A DNA stretch of 52,910 bases from positions 1-52,910 of the IMG/VR virus record IMGVR_UViG_3300032401_000016. One strand, 5' to 3'. The DNA is from a virus (taxonomy: Duplodnaviria > Caudoviricetes). Shown here one piece after another: positions 9,440 through 13,616 of this stretch (position 1 is its first letter; every line of letters starts with the position of its first letter). Made by a program: the position numbers and the translations under genes. The notes below the pieces were generated by a model. It was not told the DNA's origin. It did not search any database and saw nothing but the letters and a program-made list of their open reading frames with translations.

Positions 9440-9589
9440 CTAGTTATGCCCCTCGGTCCTGAAGCGGACCGTGATGGTTTGGTCGCTCCTCACGTTGCGG
9501 AGCGTGAGGCGGACCGGGTGGCGCCGGCCGTGATGGCGGTGGCGGTGGTGCTTCTTCCCGAACAGGAGCTCGAACAGGTACCAGATCAT
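9440..9589 (-). CDS. 49-aa His-rich peptide carrying only the terminal strands of the same repeat
   Basis: MIWYLFELLFGKKHHRHRHHGRRHPVRLTLRNVRSDQTITVRFRTEGHN; GGGGGA RBS. Confidence 0.6.
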   Translation of the reverse strand: MIWYLFELLFGKKHHRHRHHGRRHPVRLTLRNVRSDQTITVRFRTEGHN

Positions 9590-9602
9590 CGTTCCCCCAG
9601 AT

Positions 9603-9642
9603 AGAAACGCCCCGCGAAGCCTTGGTGCGGCCCGCGGGGCGC
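9603..9642 (-). terminator. Probable intrinsic terminator at the end of the tRNA operon
   Basis: CGCCCCGCG...CGCGGGGCG stem followed by TTTCTAT on the minus strand. Confidence 0.55.
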
Positions 9643-9647
9643 GGTAT

Positions 9648-9806
9648 CTACCAGGAGAGCCCGAGGCGCCTAAGCACCGCGTGGGCCTTCCGGTTCTCGG
9701 TCCGCACGCGCTGCCGTTCGTACTTCCTGGTGAGCCTGTTGTGGGCGCTTTGTCGCGCCTTCTTGCTGTTGCCCCCAACCTTGATCTTCTTGATCTTGAG
9801 GTCCAT
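9648..9806 (-). CDS. 52-aa highly basic protein
   Basis: AGGAGG RBS; MDLKIKKIKVGGNSKKARQSAHNRLTRKYERQRVRTENRKAHAVLRRLGLSW. Confidence 0.65.
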   Translation of the reverse strand: MDLKIKKIKVGGNSKKARQSAHNRLTRKYERQRVRTENRKAHAVLRRLGLSW

Positions 9807-9870
9807 GACGTCCTCCTGCTGCGTCTAGCGCAGCTACGAAAGGTCTGTCATGTGATCCTCCTTCTGAAAA

Positions 9871-9943
9871 TGGTCGTGGGCAGGGAATCGAACCCTAGCT
9901 TGACCGTTATCGGCGGCCTGTCCTACCACTAGACGATCCCACG
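9871..9943 (-). tRNA. tRNA-Ile(GAU)
   Basis: Anticodon arm GGCCG-CCGATAA-CGGTC, TTCGA loop, CCA. C33; acceptor 3' strand is one nt short. Confidence 0.85.
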
Positions 9944-9948
9944 AAAGT

Positions 9949-10024
9949 TGGAGTCCTCGGCAGGAGTTGCACCCGCGTCATCCGGGTTCGAAGCCCGGCG
10001 GTCTGTCTGCTGGCCTACGAGGAC
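9949..10024 (-). tRNA. tRNA-Arg(UCG)
   Basis: CCGGG-CTTCGAA-CCCGG; CCA; G55. Confidence 0.88.
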
Positions 10025-10097
10025 GTGACGTATGTTGATTTTTCGTCCATGTACGGATGCGGTGGCAGTTGGCGCACACCACGTCACACTCTGTATG
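10025..10097 (-). pseudogene. HNH endonuclease 3' remnant
   Basis: Spacer translates ECDVVCANCHRIRTW with no start codon or RBS. Confidence 0.75.
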
Positions 10098-10174
10098 TGG
10101 TCTCCTCGGCACGGATCGAACGTGCGGCCTCGATCTTCGCAGGATCGCGCTCTGTCCTACTGAGCTACGAGGAG
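10098..10174 (-). tRNA. tRNA-Arg(GCG)
   Basis: CGATC-CTGCGAA-GATCG; canonical D and T loops; CCA. Confidence 0.92.
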
Positions 10175-10179
10175 AAATC

Positions 10180-10257
10180 TGGAGGCCCTGGTGGGAGTCG
10201 AACCCACACTGTTCCGCGCTTAGGAGGCGCGGTGCCTGTCCGGTTGGCGACAGGGCC
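10180..10257 (-). tRNA. tRNA-Arg(CCU)
   Basis: CGCGC-CTCCTAA-GCGCG; CCA. Confidence 0.9.
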
Positions 10258-10262
10258 GGTGT

Positions 10263-10496
10263 CTACTTCGTGCCGTGCTCGCGATCGAGCGCGTCCGAGA
10301 GGCGCCCTTCGAGGATCGCGATCTTCGTGAGCGCATCGGAGAGCCGGCTGTTGACGAGCACGTGAATCTCCTGGAGCTTCTCCGCCGTAGCGGTCACGTT
10401 CTTGACGCTCTTGCGGGCCTGGAGAATCACAACGATCAGGGTCGGGAGGCTTGCGATCAGCGCGATGATGATAGCGATGGTGTCGGCGTGCGTCAC
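10263..10496 (-). CDS. Small single-TM coiled-coil protein (holin-like)
   Basis: TIAIIIALIASLPTLIVVIL TM followed by a heptad helix; GTG directly after a tRNA. Confidence 0.65.
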   Translation of the reverse strand: MTHADTIAIIIALIASLPTLIVVILQARKSVKNVTATAEKLQEIHVLVNSRLSDALTKIAILEGRLSDALDREHGTK

Positions 10497-10501
10497 GAAG
10501 G

Positions 10502-10571
10502 GGCCCTCGGCGGGACTCGAACCCGCGGAAACCGGCTTAGAAGGTCGGTGGTCGTCCAGCGACACAAGGGC
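10502..10571 (-). tRNA. tRNA-Arg(UCU), atypical fold
   Basis: ACCGAC-CTTCTAA-GCCGGT; 1-nt connector, 5-nt D loop; no encoded CCA. Confidence 0.75.
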
Positions 10572-10576
10572 AGTAC

Positions 10577-10648
10577 TGGCGCAAAGCCGAGGTGTCGATC
10601 CCCGCTCGGCGGGTTTTGGAGGCCCGCCTGGACGCCGGTCCGCGATGC
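10577..10648 (-). tRNA. tRNA-Trp(CCA), atypical fold
   Basis: GGCGGGC-CTCCAAA-ACCCGCC; G73, CCA; mismatched acceptor stem. Confidence 0.7.
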
Positions 10649-10655
10649 GTACGTC

Positions 10656-10731
10656 TGGTCGGCCTCGTCGGATTCGAACCGACACTGTGCGGTGTTTGAA
10701 GCCGCCGCCTCTGCCGTTGGGCTACAGGCCG
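10656..10731 (-). tRNA. tRNA-Leu(CAA), short variable loop
   Basis: GCGGC-TTCAAAC-ACCGC; Leu-type D arm; A73, CCA. Confidence 0.8.
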
Positions 10732-10736
10732 AAATC

Positions 10737-10823
10737 TGGTCGTCAAGGGGGGACTTGCACCCCCACGAGCTCGCGCCCACACGGCTCTCAACCGTGCGCG
10801 TCTGCTGATTCCGCCACTCGACG
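10737..10823 (-). tRNA. tRNA-Leu(GAG)
   Basis: CACGG-TTGAGAG-CCGTG; long variable arm; CCA. Confidence 0.9.
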
Positions 10824-10831
10824 ATGTGTTC

Positions 10832-10907
10832 TGGTAGCCCCCCAGGGATTCGAACCCTGACTGGCGCGCTTCTGAGGCGCGTGCCTCTGCCGTTGGGCTA
10901 GAGGGCC
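10832..10907 (-). tRNA. tRNA-Leu(CAG), short variable loop
   Basis: CGCGC-CTCAGAA-GCGCG; A73, CCA. Confidence 0.88.
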
Positions 10908-10913
10908 ATGAGC

Positions 10914-10988
10914 TGGAGCGGGCAGCGGGATTCGAACCCGCGACTTCGGCCTTGGCAAGGCAGCGTGCTACCGCTACACCATGCCCGC
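10914..10988 (-). tRNA. tRNA-Gly(GCC)
   Basis: TTGCCAA loop; GCG start, U73, CCA. Confidence 0.93.
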
Positions 10989-10993
10989 GAATC

Positions 10994-11067
10994 TGGAGCG
11001 ATCAGCGGGAATCGAACCCGCGTCGTCGGTTTGGAAGACCGAGGCCCTACCGCTGGACGATGATCGC
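10994..11067 (-). tRNA. tRNA-Gly(UCC)
   Basis: TCGGT-CTTCCAA-ACCGA; U73, CCA. Confidence 0.93.
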
Positions 11068-11072
11068 GTTTC

Positions 11073-11143
11073 TGGTAGCGGGTACGCGAGTCGCACGCGT
11101 CGAGCCTGGCGTATGAGACCTGGCCGATCCTGGATCACCCGCA
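11073..11143 (-). tRNA. tRNA-Met(CAU), atypical fold, 1:72 mismatch (initiator-like)
   Basis: GCCAGGT-CTCATAC-GCCAGGC; D arm GATC-CAG-GATC; CCA. Confidence 0.7.
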
Positions 11144-11148
11144 ACGTC

Positions 11149-11224
11149 TGGAGCCCACGGCGAGAGTCGAACTCGCTGGGACCGACTTACAAGGTCGGTG
11201 CGCGTCCACACGCGCAACGAGGGC
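11149..11224 (-). tRNA. tRNA-Thr(UGU)
   Basis: CCGAC-CTTGTAA-GTCGG; CCA. Confidence 0.85.
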
Positions 11225-11229
11225 ACTTC

Positions 11230-11305
11230 TGGAGCCGCACCCGGGCTACGATCCCGGCACCTCCCCCTTACCAAGGGGGTGCTCTGCCGACTGAGCTAGA
11301 GCGGC
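11230..11305 (-). tRNA. tRNA-Thr(GGU)
   Basis: CCCCC-TTGGTAA-GGGGG; CCA. Confidence 0.9.
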
Positions 11306-11321
11306 ACGAACGTATGCTTTC

Positions 11322-11339
11322 TGCGTACGATCGTACGCA
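11322..11339. repeat. Perfect 18-bp palindrome
   Basis: TGCGTACGATCGTACGCA in a tRNA spacer. Confidence 0.9.
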
Positions 11340-11351
11340 CACTGCGTAAGC

Positions 11352-11422
11352 TGGAGCCCTGGCCGAGAGTCGAACTCGGGGAGGCCGCGCTACGAGGGCG
11401 GCCCGCGTCCAACGCCGAGGGC
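11352..11422 (-). tRNA. tRNA-Thr(CGU), atypical fold
   Basis: GGCCGCC-CTCGTAG-CGCGGCC; D arm GCGT-TGG-ACGC; CCA. Confidence 0.75.
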
Positions 11423-11427
11423 ACTGC

Positions 11428-11503
11428 TGGTCACCCTCACGGGGATTGCACCCGTGTTTCCGGCTTGAGGGGCCGGCGTCCTGGGCTACTAGACGAGAGG
11501 GCG
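11428..11503 (-). tRNA. tRNA-Glu(CUC)
   Basis: CCGGC-CCCTCAA-GCCGG (C33); CCA. Confidence 0.88.
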
Positions 11504-11511
11504 AAACTCAT

Positions 11512-11590
11512 GACCGGTGCTCTTCCAGTTGAGCTATGCCGACCGCGGGGCCCCGCAGCCGGCCGGGGACTCGAACCCCTATCTCCGGTC
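11512..11590 (-). ncRNA. Circularly permuted tRNA-like RNA (YrlA-type module order: T arm, closed acceptor stem, D arm)
   Basis: GACCGG-AGAT-AGGGGTTCGAGTCCCC-GGCCGGCTGCGGGGCCCCGCGGTCGGC-ATAGCTCAACTGGAAGAGCA-CCGGTC. Confidence 0.85.
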
Positions 11591-11595
11591 CTACT

Positions 11596-11670
11596 TGGCT
11601 GGCGGGGAAGGACTCGAACCTTCGTGCCTCGGGTCAGAGCCGAGTATCCTGGCCGCTGAATGACCCGCCA
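11596..11670 (-). tRNA. tRNA-Gln(CUG)
   Basis: CTCGG-CTCTGAC-CCGAG; U1-A72, G73, CCA. Confidence 0.92.
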
Positions 11671-11674
11671 AAGA

Positions 11675-11749
11675 TGGCTCACTCGGTAGGACTCGAACCT
11701 ACGCGCAGCCGGTTAACAGCCGGCGGCTCTGCCGCTGAGCTACGAGTGA
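11675..11749 (-). tRNA. tRNA-Asn(GUU)
   Basis: CCGG-CTGTTAA-CCGG; U1-A72, G73, CCA. Confidence 0.92.
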
Positions 11750-11756
11750 ATAAAGC

Positions 11757-11830
11757 TGGTGCCGCCCGCGCGGATGGCTACGCGCATCGCCGGGGGTAAA
11801 GGCCCCGCACTCTACTTGAGCTAGAGCGGC
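11757..11830 (-). tRNA. tRNA-Lys(UUU), degenerate T loop
   Basis: CGGGG-CCTTTAC-CCCCG (C33); T loop TAGCCATC; CCA. Confidence 0.75.
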
Positions 11831-11836
11831 GAAACT

Positions 11837-11912
11837 TGGTGAGGCCCCTCGGCTTCGAACCGAGACCTGAGCGGGTAAGGGCCGCTCGCTCTGCCAGTTA
11901 AGCTAGAGCCCC
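11837..11912 (-). tRNA. tRNA-Lys(CUU)
   Basis: AGCGG-CCCTTAC-CCGCT (C33); CCA. Confidence 0.88.
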
Positions 11913-11917
11913 GAAGT

Positions 11918-11989
11918 TGGTGGAGATGTCGGGTATCGCGCCCGCGAGGGCTGCTTGCAAGGCAGCCGTGTGACCTTTCACACATCCCC
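11918..11989 (-). tRNA. tRNA-Ala(UGC), atypical fold
   Basis: GGCTGC-CTTGCAA-GCAGCC; G3:U70, A73, CCA. Confidence 0.8.
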
Positions 11990-11994
11990 ATATC

Positions 11995-12080
11995 TGGTGG
12001 CGCCGGCAGGACTCGAACCTGCGAAGCCCGGAGGCATCCGGTTTACAGCCGGAGGCGATTGCCGCTACGCGACGTGCGCC
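11995..12080 (-). tRNA. tRNA-Tyr(GUA)
   Basis: TCCGG-CTGTAAA-CCGGA; long variable arm; CCA. Confidence 0.9.
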
Positions 12081-12148
12081 GAAACTTTTCGTTTGTGTGT
12101 GCGAACTGCATGGCAGTTGGCACATACTACATCACACTTTTCGATAGA
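12081..12148 (-). pseudogene. HNH endonuclease 3' remnant (second copy)
   Basis: Spacer translates IEKCDVVCANCHAVRTHKRK; lower GC than surroundings; no start. Confidence 0.75.
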
Positions 12149-12223
12149 TGGGGTGACCGACGGGGTTCGAACCCATCCTGCCGCGTTCACAGCGCGACGT
12201 GCTTCCGCTACACCACGGCCACC
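12149..12223 (-). tRNA. tRNA-His(GUG)
   Basis: TCGCG-CTGTGAA-CGCGG; G-1:C73; CCA. Confidence 0.9.
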
Positions 12224-12231
12224 ATGTCGAT

Positions 12232-12299
12232 TGGCGGAAGGGGCGACCCCGATCGCGGGCCGGCTACGACCCCCCGGCGCGCCGGGGGCCGATCTCTCT
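12232..12299 (-). ncRNA. Unclassified CCA-terminated structured RNA
   Basis: tRNA-sized slot; hairpin CGGCCCCCGG-CGCG-CCGGGGGGTCG, then GGGG-TCG-CCCC-TTCCGCCA; no anticodon arm. Confidence 0.45.
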
Positions 12300-12374
12300 T
12301 GGTCAGGCCAGCCGGAATCGCACCGGCGTCATCGCCTTGAAGGGGCGAGGTCCTGTCTGCTAGACGATGGCCCG
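12300..12374 (-). tRNA. tRNA-Glu(UUC)
   Basis: TCGCC-CCTTCAA-GGCGA (C33); CCA. Confidence 0.88.
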
Positions 12375-12380
12375 AATGTG

Positions 12381-12461
12381 TTACGGGTCGACGACGACTT
12401 CCGGCCCGCAGTTGACGAAGAGGAACCGCACGAGGAGAGCGAAGAGGCTGTAGTCGAACAC
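12381..12461 (-). CDS. 26-aa hydrophobic peptide
   Basis: GGGGGTGAT SD plus GTG; MFDYSLFALLVRFLFVNCGPEVVVDP. Confidence 0.5.
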   Translation of the reverse strand: MFDYSLFALLVRFLFVNCGPEVVVDP

Positions 12462-12493
12462 GAGGTATCACCCCCTCTTCGGACGGCCGTAGA

Positions 12494-12568
12494 TGGCGGA
12501 CTCTGGGGGTTACGATCCCCGCCCTGCGCGTTGACAGCGCGCTGTGCTACCACTACACCACAGGGTCC
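12494..12568 (-). tRNA. tRNA-Asp(GUC)
   Basis: GCGCG-CTGTCAA-CGCGC; G73, CCA. Confidence 0.87.
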
Positions 12569-12574
12569 GTACGT

Positions 12575-12650
12575 TGGTAGCTCCTCTCGGCTTTGCTCCG
12601 AGTGCCTCCGCTTTGTAAGAGCGGCGCTCTCCTGATTGAGCTAAGGAGCT
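12575..12650 (-). tRNA. tRNA-Val(UAC)
   Basis: CCGCT-CTTACAA-AGCGG; T loop AGCAAAG; CCA. Confidence 0.85.
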
Positions 12651-12655
12651 ATGCT

Positions 12656-12732
12656 TGGCGCCTCCGGGCGGAATCGAACCGCCTACGCGCTGCTCTTCAG
12701 GCAGCCGCTACTACCGGTGAGCTACAGGAGGC
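12656..12732 (-). tRNA. tRNA-Phe(GAA)
   Basis: GCTGC-CTGAAGA-GCAGC; CCA. Confidence 0.88.
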
Positions 12733-12739
12733 GTGAAAC

Positions 12740-12832
12740 TGGAGGAAGGCGGGTCGAGTTGAACGCCCAACACGGTACATGCCGTGTGCTACGGTTTTCG
12801 GGACCGTCCGCTTACCATTCGCGCAGCCTTCC
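12740..12832 (-). tRNA. tRNA-Ser(CGA)
   Basis: ACGGT-CCCGAAA-ACCGT (C33); long variable arm; CCA. Confidence 0.87.
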
Positions 12833-12838
12833 GAAACT

Positions 12839-12909
12839 TGGGACCCGATTGTGGCTTGACACCCTCCCCGTCGACAGGGGGCATGGCTCGAGTCGACACC
12901 ACACTGGCC
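12839..12909 (-). ncRNA. Unclassified CCA-terminated rod-like RNA (possible Y-RNA Ro-binding stem)
   Basis: GGCCAGTGTGGTGTCGAC...GTGTCAAGCCACAATCGGGTCCCA; ends pair (TGTGG/CCACA); no D or T arm. Confidence 0.5.
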
Positions 12910-12912
12910 TTC

Positions 12913-12984
12913 TGGAGTCCGCGCCCGGTAACGCTCCGGGGTAGGCGTGCTTTGCAGGCACGCGCGCGACTTTCACTCGCGGAC
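12913..12984 (-). tRNA. tRNA-Cys(GCA), atypical fold
   Basis: GCGTGC-CTGCAAA-GCACGC; U73, CCA; 3-nt D loop. Confidence 0.8.
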
Positions 12985-12989
12985 AAAAC

Positions 12990-13079
12990 TGGCGGAGGCG
13001 CGAGGGATCGAACCTCGGCGCGCTGTTGAGCGCGGCTACGGTTTAGCAAACCGTCCCGTTACCGCTCCGGCACGCCTCC
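12990..13079 (-). tRNA. tRNA-Ser(GCU)
   Basis: ACGGT-TTGCTAA-ACCGT; long variable arm; G73, CCA. Confidence 0.9.
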
Positions 13080-13249
13080 TACTTCTTCTTGCCCTTCATC
13101 ACCTTGATCGCCTTCTTCACGACCTTGTGGAGGGACTTGTCTTCCTTCTCGGCCTTCTCGTAGGCTCGGGTCTCGCCGGCCTCGTGGGAGACCGTTTCCT
13201 TCTCGCGGCGCGCGTCGGCACGCATCTTCGGATTGACACGACGTGCCAT
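13079..13249 (-). CDS. 56-aa basic protein inside the tRNA array
   Basis: AGGAG RBS; MARRVNPK...KVMKGKKK. Confidence 0.7.
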   Translation of the reverse strand: MARRVNPKMRADARREKETVSHEAGETRAYEKAEKEDKSLHKVVKKAIKVMKGKKK

Positions 13250-13258
13250 TTCTTCTCC

Positions 13259-13334
13259 TGGTCGGGTGGCGCGGATTCGCACCGCGATTGGCTCGCTTCC
13301 AGGGCGAGGGGCTTGGCTGTTAGCCGACCGCCCG
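13259..13334 (-). tRNA. tRNA-Pro(UGG)
   Basis: CTCGC-CCTGGAA-GCGAG (C33, A37); C1-G72; CCA. Confidence 0.85.
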
Positions 13335-13338
13335 AAAC

Positions 13339-13414
13339 TGGTGGAGAGAGCAGGATTCGCGCCTGCGTTAGCTCGCGTCCGAAGCGAGAGTCTTATCTGC
13401 TAGACGACCTCTCC
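13339..13414 (-). tRNA. tRNA-Pro(CGG)
   Basis: CTCGC-TTCGGAC-GCGAG (A37); CCA. Confidence 0.85.
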
Positions 13415-13420
13415 GTAAAC

Positions 13421-13498
13421 TGGTTGGGAAGGCGGGATTCGAACCCGCGACCACCTCCATCCCGAGGAGGTACGCTGACCGGGCTGCGCTACTTCCCA
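13421..13498 (-). tRNA. tRNA-Pro(GGG)
   Basis: CCTCC-TCGGGAT-GGAGG (C33, A37); CCA. Confidence 0.88.
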
Positions 13499-13506
13499 AT
13501 GAAGTC

Positions 13507-13580
13507 TGGCTGACGGGGCTCGGTTCGAACGAGCGCTGGATGGGTCAAAGCCACCTGTGCTTCCGCTACACCACCCGTCA
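13507..13580 (-). tRNA. tRNA-Gln(UUG)
   Basis: GGTGG-CTTTGAC-CCATC; G73, CCA. Confidence 0.9.
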
Positions 13581-13616
13581 AAGGTAGGTGGGTCGGTACC
13601 ACGACCCGCAGAAGGA

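Noticed and set aside
10502-10571. Possible amber suppressor or Pyl tRNA (CTA within the loop, Pyl-like fold)
   Set aside because: The 7-nt loop CTTCTAA centres on TCT and the gene lies in the Arg cluster.
10656-10731. Possible opal suppressor or Sec tRNA (CTTCAAA reading)
   Set aside because: Stem register centres the loop on CAA. D arm and A73 are Leu-type and it sits in the Leu cluster.
11512-12909. Two-piece tmRNA
   Set aside because: No tag reading frame or pseudoknot-sized region, and the permuted element has a full D stem and no CCA.
9871-13580. ORF-track proteins across the tRNA array, or a CRISPR-like repeat array
   Set aside because: The periodicity is due to tRNA genes. There are no identical direct repeats with unique spacers and no cas genes.
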